Below, one piece after another: positions 1-8,315 of a stretch of DNA of 32,000 nucleotides. The stretch spans positions 6,150,001-6,182,000 of the forward strand of contig NC_009925.1 in NCBI RefSeq assembly GCF_000018105.1. The letters are read 5' to 3'. Position 1 is the first letter of the stretch. Each line of letters begins with the position of its first letter. The notes below the pieces were generated by a model that was not told where the DNA came from, did not search any database, and saw only the letters and a program-made list of their open reading frames with translations. This DNA comes from Acaryochloris marina MBIC11017. Its GTDB lineage: Bacteria; Cyanobacteriota; Cyanobacteriia; Thermosynechococcales; Thermosynechococcaceae. The position numbers and the translations under genes were made by a program.

Positions 1-169
1 CAGGCCTACTCCTTTGAATACTTCAACTTAAAGAAGAACAAAGCTATCGCCAGCCTAAGTCGGCATCAAAGGCGACGAACACTTAAAAATTCCGTGAAGT
101 TGCGTGGTGATCATATGTTGTGTTCGAGGCTGATGAACTAATCTGGTCTACCATTGGGTCGATGGCTAG

Positions 170-1668
170 CTATAGTTCAATGGCACTGACTTAAGAAGTC
201 AGGAAAAAGCTACAAGTCTTGATAGATATAGGATCAAGACTTGCACGCCATAAACTTCTGCCTTTCACTATGTCTGAGTCAGCCGAAATTCTCAAGCAGC
301 AATTTTCCCAAAGCCTGGGTTTACCGTGGACAGATATCCTTCCAGCCTCAAGGTTAGAGGAACTCCTGAAAGAAGAAGCATTCTCCTATCGCAACCGGAT
401 ATATAGCCCCATCGTTACGCTGTGGGCCATGCTTTACCAAGTGCTATCAGCCGATAAAAGCCTTCGTAACACAGTCAAATGCATCACGACTTGGCTCACA
501 GCGGCTGGCATCCAACCGCCCTCATCTGATACCGGAGCCTACAGCAAAGCCAGAAGTCGCTTTCCAGAGTCACTGTTGCAACGTTTAATTCCCGAAAGCG
601 CTGAGTGCTTAGCGCAACCCCTCTCCCCAGAGCACCTCTGGTGTGGTCGGCCCGTCAAGGTCTACGACGGAACCACCGTGTTGATGGCTGATAGTGCGGC
701 CAACCAAGCATCATATCCACAACATGGCAATCAAACAGCAGGCTGTGGTTTTCCCATCGCTCGCTTGGTAGTGTTCTTCTGTTTGGTTACCGGTGCAGTG
801 GCGTCAGCTTGTATTGCCTCCTGGGACACCAGTGAAATTGTCATGAGTCGTTTGCTCTATCAAGACCTTGAGGTCGGTGATGTGGTCATGGCGGACCAAG
901 CTTATGGCAGCTATGTTGATCTAGCCATCATTCAACAACACAGGGCTGATGGAGTGTTGCGTAAACATCATGCTCGCAAGACTGATTTCCGCAAAGGCAA
1001 CAAGCATGGCATTGGTGATCATCAGGTGACATGGCATAAGCCAGCCCAACGGCCTGAGCACATGAGTGAGCAAGATTTTGCCCTGATTCCTCAAACATTG
1101 GTCGTTAGAGAGGTGTGTTTGCGCTTATCCCTTAAGGGCTTTCGCGACCAGCACATTATTGTGGTGACGACGCTGCTGGATGCTCAACGCTACAGCGCTG
1201 GGCAACTGACTCGCTTGTATGGCTGGCGTTGGCCAGTGGCGGAAGTCAATCTGCGCCATCTCAAAACCACCTTAAAAATGGAGATGCTCAGTGCCAAAAC
1301 TCCGGATATGGTGCGCAAGGACATTTGGGTACATTTGTTGGGCTATAACCTACTCAGAAGTCTCATGGAACTTGCGGCACCGCTAGCAGATAATGCTAGA
1401 ACTCAACTGTCTGTGCAAGGAGCACGACAACACTTCAATCAGATGCTTGCTTTGTTGGCGACAGCCAACCGTGCGACCAGAAAGCGGTTGTTTACTCATC
1501 TACTTGAGACCATGGCAGCCGATCTATTACCCTCTCGACCGAATCGGCACGAACCGAGAGTCGTCAAACGCAGACCCAAATCTTTCCCGCGAATGCGACA
1601 ACCTCGCTCTGCTCTCAAAGCTAAGCTAGCTGTTTGATTGAGCTTAAGTCAGTGCCATTGAGCTATAG
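170..1668 (+). mobile_element. IS4-family insertion sequence (about 1.5 kb) with one transposase ORF and 26-bp terminal inverted repeats
   Basis: CTATAGTTCAATGGCACTGACTTAAG at 170-195 matches the reverse complement of 1643-1668 at 25/26 positions. The repeats enclose a DDE transposase ORF. AGCTATAG is also directly repeated at 168-175 and 1661-1668, so the outer 6-8 bp could be target duplication rather than IR. Confidence 0.85.
219..1637 (+). CDS. IS4-family DDE transposase
   Basis: 472-codon ORF between the IRs. The track start is TTG at 219; the first ATG is at 270 (MSESAEIL). Transposase-like blocks are present: VYDGTTV, VVMADQAYGSY, and YGWRWPVAEVNLRHLK (a Y-R-E-K-like signature). Confidence 0.9.
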   Translation: MIDIGSRLARHKLLPFTMSESAEILKQQFSQSLGLPWTDILPASRLEELLKEEAFSYRNRIYSPIVTLWAMLYQVLSADKSLRNTVKCITTWLTAAGIQPPSSDTGAYSKARSRFPESLLQRLIPESAECLAQPLSPEHLWCGRPVKVYDGTTVLMADSAANQASYPQHGNQTAGCGFPIARLVVFFCLVTGAVASACIASWDTSEIVMSRLLYQDLEVGDVVMADQAYGSYVDLAIIQQHRADGVLRKHHARKTDFRKGNKHGIGDHQVTWHKPAQRPEHMSEQDFALIPQTLVVREVCLRLSLKGFRDQHIIVVTTLLDAQRYSAGQLTRLYGWRWPVAEVNLRHLKTTLKMEMLSAKTPDMVRKDIWVHLLGYNLLRSLMELAAPLADNARTQLSVQGARQHFNQMLALLATANRATRKRLFTHLLETMAADLLPSRPNRHEPRVVKRRPKSFPRMRQPRSALKAKLAV

Positions 1669-3801
1669 TTTATTCGCTCTTTCTAGCCAGTCTTTGGCAC
1701 TGGAGGAATCGCCCTGCTGTTGGTAAAGCTTTGCCACCTGACGATAATCCGCTTTTGCTCCTGCACGTTGCCCTGCTTTTTCTCTGGCGCTGCCGCGCAT
1801 GATAAACCAAGACGTTTGAAAGGGCTGTAATTCGATCATCTTGGTATAGTCCGCAATGGCTTCAACATAGCGTTTCTGCTTCTCATACAGTTGCCCACGA
1901 CTCATATAAACCGACGTATCGTTCGGTTTAAGGGTTTGCAGCTGACCATAGGCCGCAATCGCCCCCTCAAGATCATTCTGGTCTTCACTCAGGGACGCAA
2001 TCTGCTCATAGGCACGGGAATTGCGGGGATTAATCTTTGTGATCATCCGATAGTCCTGGAGTGCGCCCTGGGGGTTACCACTGTAGCGGCGCACATGGGC
2101 ACGACGATCGTAGGCTTCAACATTCTTGGGATTGAGCTTGATCAGCTGGTCATAATCTTTGAGAGCGCCCTGCTGATCTCCTTGAATAAAGCGGGTACTG
2201 CCTCGCTGACTGAAGGCCAATACATTTTTCGGATCGAGCCGAATGATAGCGGAATAGTCTTGAATCGCAGATTGATAATCGGTCTGAGCCATATAAAGGG
2301 TTGCGCGCCACAGATAAGCCTGTAAACGGTTGGGGTTCAGTTCAATTACCCGACTAAAATCCGAAATTGCACCCGCTGCATCACGACTCGCATTCCGATA
2401 GGCACCCCGAAGCCAGTAGGCTTGTTCGGCCTTGGGATCGAATTCGATTACTCGGTCTAAATCTTGCAGAGCAGCTTGAGTTTGACCACTTGCGATCGCA
2501 TAATTCGCCCGAGCTAAATAGAGGCGAGCTTCGCGGGGCGAAGTACCAATGGCCTGAGACAAGACGGCCCGGGCGCCAGCGTAGTCCCCAGACTGGGCTT
2601 TGATCGCGGCATTAATCAGGGCGTCATCAACGGGAGAGGGGGGCGGTGCATTGGCAGGCAGATGGGCCTTGAAGGTCATCCCCAAGGACTTGGCTTGTTT
2701 CAGAAATGATTCGATAGGAATCCCGAGATTAAACCCTGTTTTAATCCGAATATCGGTATTGATGGTTGAAGCTTCTAGGGCACTATCGACATCTCCTCGC
2801 CCGTGAATGCCGATGAGTTCACCATTTCTATTGAAAACGCCACCGCCACTCATGCCCGGGAGGGTGCGGTTGGAGTAGATCATGGCATAGCCATCAGCAA
2901 AGCTGCGGCTGCTGCGGGCAGTAATTTTACCATCGGTAAAGTTATAGACGGGTTGAGTGATGGCCGCTGTTGTCATCGGAAATCCCGCTACGAAAACGGG
3001 TAACCCCTCGCTAGCGGTTTGCCCGTTGGCGAGGGAACAGACGCTGTAGGCGCGATCGCTTTGGAAGGTGACGACAGCAAGATCAATATCCTTTAAGGGG
3101 CGCACCTGCAGTGCTGTATGTTGTTGTTGATCGTCGGTGGTAATACGGTAGGGGCTATCGGTTGCAGCCACAACGTGAGCAGCAGTTAGAAGAGTATAGG
3201 TGTTGCCTTGGCGCTCAATAATTACCCCCGAACCCTCGGTGATGTCATTCCCCAATCTAACGGTGACCTGCTTAGCTCGTTGGGCAATATTTCCAGTGGC
3301 CAGAGCAACGGGAGAAGTCCCCGTTGGTCGGTCGGTCTGGGGCAGGGCAATGGGCTGTGCTTTGGTTTTGCAAGTATCGGGATAAAGGGCGGCGATAGGC
3401 CCCGTGGATACGCCTTCTGGAACAGGAACCGCGGGACTACCTGGACCTTGGAGCGGTAGACCCGGTTTTTTGGTGACGACCTGACCTTCTACACGAACCC
3501 CATAGCCAATGCTGACATTATGACCAATTCTGACGGTGGCAGGCTGCGGTTCAGGCGGATTCGTCCCTGGAAAGGGGGACAGACCTGCGGGTAGGGGTGT
3601 TGCGCTGGTGCGATGGTCTCCGACCGGTCGTTGGCCATCGCAATTCTTGGTTACGGTCTGGGCTTGGCTGGAGGTTGGGGCTAGGAGTACTGGCAGCCCC
3701 AGTAGGCCTAGATTGAACAGTAGTAACCCCCACATTACCCCTCGATGTTGCTTCATAACCCGCTTTTGTTTTTGTACATCACCATAGAAATCCAGCGACA
3801 T
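1663..3801 (-). CDS. Membrane-anchored trypsin-like (S1/chymotrypsin-fold) serine protease fused to C-terminal TPR repeats
   Basis: N-terminal hydrophobic segment (WGLLLFNLGLLGLPVLLAP) followed by a Pro-rich linker. Catalytic-triad contexts are LLTAAHVV (His), DIDLAVV (Asp) and LPGMSGGGVF (Ser). About nine TPR-like repeats follow (AI.DY..AI.L.P pattern) to the C-terminus. Confidence 0.85.
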   Translation of the reverse strand: MSLDFYGDVQKQKRVMKQHRGVMWGLLLFNLGLLGLPVLLAPTSSQAQTVTKNCDGQRPVGDHRTSATPLPAGLSPFPGTNPPEPQPATVRIGHNVSIGYGVRVEGQVVTKKPGLPLQGPGSPAVPVPEGVSTGPIAALYPDTCKTKAQPIALPQTDRPTGTSPVALATGNIAQRAKQVTVRLGNDITEGSGVIIERQGNTYTLLTAAHVVAATDSPYRITTDDQQQHTALQVRPLKDIDLAVVTFQSDRAYSVCSLANGQTASEGLPVFVAGFPMTTAAITQPVYNFTDGKITARSSRSFADGYAMIYSNRTLPGMSGGGVFNRNGELIGIHGRGDVDSALEASTINTDIRIKTGFNLGIPIESFLKQAKSLGMTFKAHLPANAPPPSPVDDALINAAIKAQSGDYAGARAVLSQAIGTSPREARLYLARANYAIASGQTQAALQDLDRVIEFDPKAEQAYWLRGAYRNASRDAAGAISDFSRVIELNPNRLQAYLWRATLYMAQTDYQSAIQDYSAIIRLDPKNVLAFSQRGSTRFIQGDQQGALKDYDQLIKLNPKNVEAYDRRAHVRRYSGNPQGALQDYRMITKINPRNSRAYEQIASLSEDQNDLEGAIAAYGQLQTLKPNDTSVYMSRGQLYEKQKRYVEAIADYTKMIELQPFQTSWFIMRGSAREKAGQRAGAKADYRQVAKLYQQQGDSSSAKDWLERANKL

Positions 3802-3819
3802 CTCAGTGCAGCTTTATAC

Positions 3820-4110
3820 CTACCTTTTCGCTGGATCTACAAGGCCATGATAGCCTTCCCATTGATGAACGTCCTGCCGACTCACCTCGTTTGCGTGAAT
3901 TTTCTCGATTGGGCTGAAAATCACCTTCCAAGTTTTCTGGTCTTCAGGAATGTTTCTTTCTGTAGCCCCTCGATACCTGGAGGATATGCCAGATTCTCGG
4001 CACCGTTGGTCCTCCCAAGTTAATGGGCATAAGAACCAATCAAGGCTTGGGTTAGAAAGCTCTACAACTTTGGCCTTCCCCTGGTTTTTGAGCGAAAAAC
4101 GGTTTGTCAA
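3820..4110 (-). CDS. Hypothetical protein (doubtful ORF)
   Basis: 96-codon ORF ending 18 nt upstream of the protease gene on the same strand. It has only a TTG start, no internal Met and no motif I recognise. Confidence 0.25.
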   Translation of the reverse strand: MTNRFSLKNQGKAKVVELSNPSLDWFLCPLTWEDQRCRESGISSRYRGATERNIPEDQKTWKVIFSPIEKIHANEVSRQDVHQWEGYHGLVDPAKR

Positions 4111-4141
4111 AGAGCAGTAAACTCATCCAAAGATCAAAGAA

Positions 4142-4165
4142 GGGACAGCACCGTCCCCCCTTTTT
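4142..4165. terminator. Candidate weak stem-loop terminator
   Basis: GGGAC (4142-4146) pairs with GTCCC (4153-4157), followed by CCC and TTTTT (4161-4165). The stem is short, so this is a weak call. Confidence 0.25.
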
Positions 4166-4346
4166 AGGCGAACGGTTTACTGACCATAATGAATTGGGCA
4201 ATACAAATGGACATTGGAAAGAAAAAGCTCAGGATAGTAATGATGCTATTAAAATAGGCCAGTAATTATCTAACGCAGGAGTGTACGTACACGGCGTTTT
4301 AGGTTTTGACCAAGCCCCTATTGTTATGAAACAACCTCAGTAGGTG

Positions 4347-5240
4347 CTAGCGGGGGATGGTAGGCAGTTCAACAGTAACGGTAGTTCCGGACTGTGGATC
4401 AGAGCTAATTCGCAAGTGTCCACCATGTTCTTCAACGATGCGTTGCACTATGGGTAGCCCTAACCCATTTCCTGTGGACTTAGTGGAATAGAAGGGCTGA
4501 AAGACCTTGGCTAACTGATCGTCAGGAATCAGCTCGCCCCAGTTATGAACATTAATGCAGACCCGATGGTCTTGGCTCTGTAGTTGAATATCAATTTCAT
4601 CTCCAATACTGGATGCTTCACAGGCGTTTGTTACAAGATTAATCAATACCTGCTTAAGTTTGTCCGCATTTCCCTGAATGTTAACTGGGTTACGCTTGGG
4701 GTTATAAGCCAATTTCTTATTAACCGCAGCAGGAATGGCTTGTAAGTTTTTGATGCAGCTCGTGATTAGAGCGTTTAGATCTAGGGAGGTAGCGCTCAAG
4801 TTGTCAGGTCTGGTATAGAGCAAAATCTCATTGACGAGACGTTGTAACCGGTCCGCTTCATCTAGGGCGAAATCAAGCCGCAGTTGAAAAATCTCTGGCA
4901 AATTGAGATTCTTGAAAGACTGAAGGCTCATGAGTATTGTGGTCAATGGGTTCCGAACTTCATGGACAATCATGGTTGAGAACTTGCCTAGCTCTGCGAA
5001 GCGCGCATCCTCGGTTTGACGATTGCTTAAAAATGGTTGCCCTTTAGGGATTAGAGCATCTAATTGGGTAAACACCCTCAGTTCAGACTGTTGTGTTCGG
5101 ATTTGAGACTGATAGTCTCGACTGATGAACGGCTTACTCTGGGGTAAGGTCCGAGGTGAAAATGCCTGATATGTATTCATTGGAAAGATTAACCCACTGG
5201 AGAATAGAAGCATCGGACATATTAATCGTGCGAAGCACAT
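4347..5240 (-). CDS. Small sensor-less histidine kinase (HisKA + HATPase_c), orphan
   Basis: H-box FSTMIVHEVRNPLTT, N-box LINLVTNACEAS and G-box GNGLGLPIVQRIVEEHGG. There is no recognisable sensor domain and no adjacent response regulator. The true start may be an internal Met (MNTYQ). Confidence 0.85.
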   Translation of the reverse strand: MCFARLICPMLLFSSGLIFPMNTYQAFSPRTLPQSKPFISRDYQSQIRTQQSELRVFTQLDALIPKGQPFLSNRQTEDARFAELGKFSTMIVHEVRNPLTTILMSLQSFKNLNLPEIFQLRLDFALDEADRLQRLVNEILLYTRPDNLSATSLDLNALITSCIKNLQAIPAAVNKKLAYNPKRNPVNIQGNADKLKQVLINLVTNACEASSIGDEIDIQLQSQDHRVCINVHNWGELIPDDQLAKVFQPFYSTKSTGNGLGLPIVQRIVEEHGGHLRISSDPQSGTTVTVELPTIPR

Positions 5241-5424
5241 CGTGTCGCAGTGTCAGTCTGTTGTGAAGTTTCTCCAAGAGACACTTGATTTTGCAGTTGG
5301 CCCTGACGATTGAATAGCTACACTTATGCTTTTCCCTAGATAAAAGAATGCCGATTGCTAGATTGATACACCTTTAGGATCAGCTGCCCCACCAGACAAA
5401 GGGGACTTCAATCTGCCTGAGAAT

Positions 5425-5456
5425 TGTGATGCTAATGCAATGTGATGCTGATGCAA
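5425..5456. repeat. Tandem 16-bp direct repeat (15/16 identical)
   Basis: TGTGATGCTAATGCAA (5425-5440) is immediately followed by TGTGATGCTGATGCAA (5441-5456). It lies about 185-215 bp upstream of the orphan kinase start. Confidence 0.8.
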
Positions 5457-5514
5457 GCACTGATATCCCTAGGGTAAGGAGTCGTTGTACCACTTATGAA
5501 CGATTGAGACATGA

Positions 5515-5552
5515 CACAGAGCTGTTGAATCGAGAGCTGCCACAGCTCTGTG
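5515..5552 (-). terminator. Candidate stem-loop downstream of the 119-aa gene
   Basis: CACAGAGCTG (5515-5524) pairs with CAGCTCTGTG (5543-5552), a 10-bp stem with an 18-nt loop. It starts 12 nt after the stop at 5564. No clear U-tract follows. Confidence 0.3.
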
Positions 5553-5563
5553 AAAGGCCCTGA

Positions 5564-5923
5564 CTAAGGATCCGTCTTGGATGTCTTTTCTGGAGACAAC
5601 ATATTCAGGATCCGAGAAGAGAGATTGTCGCTACTTTCCATCATTTCTTTGGCGAGTCCTTTGACTTCAGGATCATCAGATTTTAGGAATTCTGCTGCCA
5701 TTTCAGAGATTTCCATCTGCATAACCAGCATTTCCATTAACTTCTTCCGTCTTTGGTAGGCTGGGCTGATTTCTTTCCGGAACGGAGAAGCAATCAAAAA
5801 GCTTGAATTGGGTTGGGTGGGTAAGTTGGACTGAGTTTTTTGTAAGGGGACTGCAGCAGCAGGAGCGGCCATACTCAATGCAATCAGTGAAGCAATGGAG
5901 CTAACTTTACCGGGGAGAGCCAT
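5564..5923 (-). CDS. Small secreted hypothetical protein
   Basis: Signal-peptide-like N-terminus (SSIASLIALSMAAPAAA) followed by a charged helical region. No family recognised. Confidence 0.5.
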   Translation of the reverse strand: MALPGKVSSIASLIALSMAAPAAAVPLQKTQSNLPTQPNSSFLIASPFRKEISPAYQRRKKLMEMLVMQMEISEMAAEFLKSDDPEVKGLAKEMMESSDNLSSRILNMLSPEKTSKTDP

Positions 5924-6190
5924 TCTTTAAGATCTCATATACGGTGAACTGCACCCAATCGTCTATCTGCCTTTTCATCGAATGGGAAGATATCCCTAGT
6001 TCAAGCAAAGATCGGTTGATAGATTGGTTGCGTAATCACCCTATCGGTTGCCCCTCCTAGGGAGTCTTTTAGTTTTTTGCAGGAGATAACAAAATCTTGC
6101 GGTTCGAATGAAATTATCCGATTAATGCAGAAATATCAGAATTTTCTGTGTCTGACACTACCTTATTTGATGCTGTTTTGGGTGGGATGG

Positions 6191-6640
6191 CTAGCTCAAA
6201 AAGGCATCAAATAGGTTGAGCGTTCGAAGGCGGAGGGTCGCAGCTAGGGCGTCATACTGAATTTTGATCCGTAACATGGAGCGGACTCGTGCCCGTAACT
6301 CCAGGCTATTGATGGGTTTAGAGATAAAGTCATCTGCTCCAGCATCTAAGGAGCGGGCCAAATCTTCTTTGGAAGTAAGGGCAGTGACGATGATGATGGG
6401 AATATGCTTCCAGTTGGGGTTGGCTTTAATCTGGCGACAGACTTCAATGCCATCCATTTGCGGCATCATGACATCGAGCAGAATGACGTCGGGCTGCAGG
6501 GAATCCATCTGCTGAATGGCCGCTGGGCCGCTGGCAGCATAAGTCAACTGATAGCCTTCCCGCAGGAGTAACCCCTCAATCACGTCGAAGACCCGCTCTT
6601 CGTCATCAATGACAAGGATGGAATGTTGTTTACTATCCAT
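6191..6640 (-). CDS. Single-domain CheY-like response regulator receiver
   Basis: ILVIDDEE, the phospho-acceptor context DVILLDVMMPQMDG, IIIVTA, and the conserved Lys in FISKP. It starts 19 nt after the hybrid kinase stop. Confidence 0.9.
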   Translation of the reverse strand: MDSKQHSILVIDDEERVFDVIEGLLLREGYQLTYAASGPAAIQQMDSLQPDVILLDVMMPQMDGIEVCRQIKANPNWKHIPIIIVTALTSKEDLARSLDAGADDFISKPINSLELRARVRSMLRIKIQYDALAATLRLRTLNLFDAFLS

Positions 6641-6659
6641 AATGATTCCTACAACATCG

Positions 6660-8315
6660 CTAAATCTGGAGGTGTTTAGTTAGCATCTGGGTGAGTTGCT
6701 CCATCTTCAAGGGTTTTGAGAGAGAGTCACTAAATCCAGCGGCGAGGAAGCGCTCTTGATCCTCAGGCATTAACAAGGCTGTGAGCGCAATGATAGGAGT
6801 ATCAGGGAGATGGGTTCGAATTTGTCGAGTGGCTTCTAATCCATCCACTTGGGGTAAGCGAATATCCATAAAGATTAAGTCTGGAATTTGAGTTTTGGCG
6901 AGGTCGATGGCGGTTTGGCCGTCTGTTGCGATCGCAACTCGGCATCCCTGTTCTTCCAGATAATCCGTGAGCAACAAAACAATGGCTTCTCGATCTTCAG
7001 CCAGCAAGATCAACGGCTCAGAGATATTCTGAGGTTGATGGGGCGAAACGGTGGGTTTTGCTTTCTCAGCAGAGACATAAGAGCAGGGTAGCGTGACGAT
7101 AAAGGTGCTGCCACTACCCACTTCACTCTCCACCTGAACGGTACCGCCATGGAGATGGATGAGGCGCTGCACTAGGGTTAACCCTAATCCAGTGCCGGGA
7201 TAGGGGCGCGCCCAGGAACTATCCAACTGCACAAAGGGTTCAAAGATGTTGGCGAGATCCGCCGTAGCAATACCAATCCCAGTATCGGTGACCCTAACTT
7301 GGACCTGTTCAGTGTCTGCTGTTGCCTGTACGGATACTGCACCGCCCTGAGGCGTAAATTTGAGGGCATTGCTGATCAAATTCTGTAAGACTTGGCGGAG
7401 ACGCAGCTCGTCTCCGGTGACCTCCGCTAAATCCGTGGGAATATGGTGGCTCAAGGTAATGTTCTGTTTTTGGGCCTGTGGTCGAACCATTGCTAGGCAG
7501 CTCTCAACCAAGGCACTAATTGAGACTCGCCTTCGCTCTAAGACCAAATTACCAGACTCAATTTTGGACAGATCAATTAAATCATTCAGCTGAGTCAGGA
7601 GGGTCTCACCACTCTCTTCAATGGTGCAAACGGACTTTAGTTGTTTGGGATTGAGGGAACCGTAAACTTCTTCCCGCAGGACTTCAGCCAAGCCGATAAT
7701 GGCCGTTAACGGGGTGCGTAGCTCATGACTCATGGTGGATAGGAACTCATCCTTAAGCCCTGCCGCTCGTTCTAGAGCAGCATTGACAATCACTAACTGC
7801 TCACTGAGTTGCCGATACTGGGCATTTACTAGCTGCTGACGTTGATAGAGCTGGTAGTTGTCGATTGCGATCGCAGCCCGTTCTGCTAGGACCTCAGCGA
7901 ACTGGACCTCTTCCTCTGTACAGCGATGGGGCTGTCGATAAAACGAACAGACGGTGCCTAAGACTTTCCCCATTGGGGTTTTAATGGGAATCCCCAGGTA
8001 GGCTGCATAGCCTGCGGGCATCTGCCCGATTGGATCGTGAGCCGAATCCTCCACCATTAGTGTGGCCCCCTGTTCCACCACGCAATTGGTGATGGACCCA
8101 TGCAAGTTCCAAACGGTTTCGGCATTGTCCATTTCCACGCTACTGGCCAGGATTTGATATTGCTCCCCTTGGCAGAGGGTGACGATGGACCAGTCGGTAC
8201 CAATCAGTTGGCTGATTCCTGAGACAACGGTTGTTAGATAAGCGTTCAGATCACTCTGGCGGTAACTTAGAGAGGTTAGGACTTCTAACAAGTGAAGGGT
8301 ACGGTCGGGCGTCAT
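6660..8315 (-). CDS. Hybrid sensor histidine kinase (GAF - HisKA - HATPase_c - REC)
   Basis: GAF-like N-terminal region. H-box FLSTMSHELRTPLTAI, N-box LQNLISNALKFT and G-box GTGLGLTLVQRLIHLHGG. The C-terminal receiver carries DLIFMDIRLPQVDG. Confidence 0.9.
   Translation of the reverse strand: MTPDRTLHLLEVLTSLSYRQSDLNAYLTTVVSGISQLIGTDWSIVTLCQGEQYQILASSVEMDNAETVWNLHGSITNCVVEQGATLMVEDSAHDPIGQMPAGYAAYLGIPIKTPMGKVLGTVCSFYRQPHRCTEEEVQFAEVLAERAAIAIDNYQLYQRQQLVNAQYRQLSEQLVIVNAALERAAGLKDEFLSTMSHELRTPLTAIIGLAEVLREEVYGSLNPKQLKSVCTIEESGETLLTQLNDLIDLSKIESGNLVLERRRVSISALVESCLAMVRPQAQKQNITLSHHIPTDLAEVTGDELRLRQVLQNLISNALKFTPQGGAVSVQATADTEQVQVRVTDTGIGIATADLANIFEPFVQLDSSWARPYPGTGLGLTLVQRLIHLHGGTVQVESEVGSGSTFIVTLPCSYVSAEKAKPTVSPHQPQNISEPLILLAEDREAIVLLLTDYLEEQGCRVAIATDGQTAIDLAKTQIPDLIFMDIRLPQVDGLEATRQIRTHLPDTPIIALTALLMPEDQERFLAAGFSDSLSKPLKMEQLTQMLTKHLQI

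Noticed and set aside
1-141. An open frame runs from the window edge to TAA at 139-141, possibly the 3' end of a plus-strand gene convergent with the protease gene before the IS inserted.
   Set aside because: Only 46 codons are visible and no motif is recognisable, so it cannot be supported from this window alone.
3745-4023. A plus-strand 92-codon ORF lies opposite the doubtful 96-codon minus-strand ORF.
   Set aside because: The translation is hydrophobic and low-complexity, it overlaps the protease gene start, and there are no start signals. Neither ORF in this spacer is convincing; I listed only the same-strand one, at low confidence.
4281-4292. A perfect 12-bp palindrome, GTGTACGTACAC, lies downstream of the orphan kinase gene.
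   Set aside because: It is too short, with no loop, to be a terminator hairpin. It has no partner site or repeat. It may be a restriction-site-like coincidence.
6090-6110. GGTTCGAAT resembles a tRNA T-arm.
   Set aside because: The flanking sequence cannot be folded into acceptor, D and anticodon arms. I found no tRNA, rRNA or CRISPR-like spaced repeats anywhere in the window.
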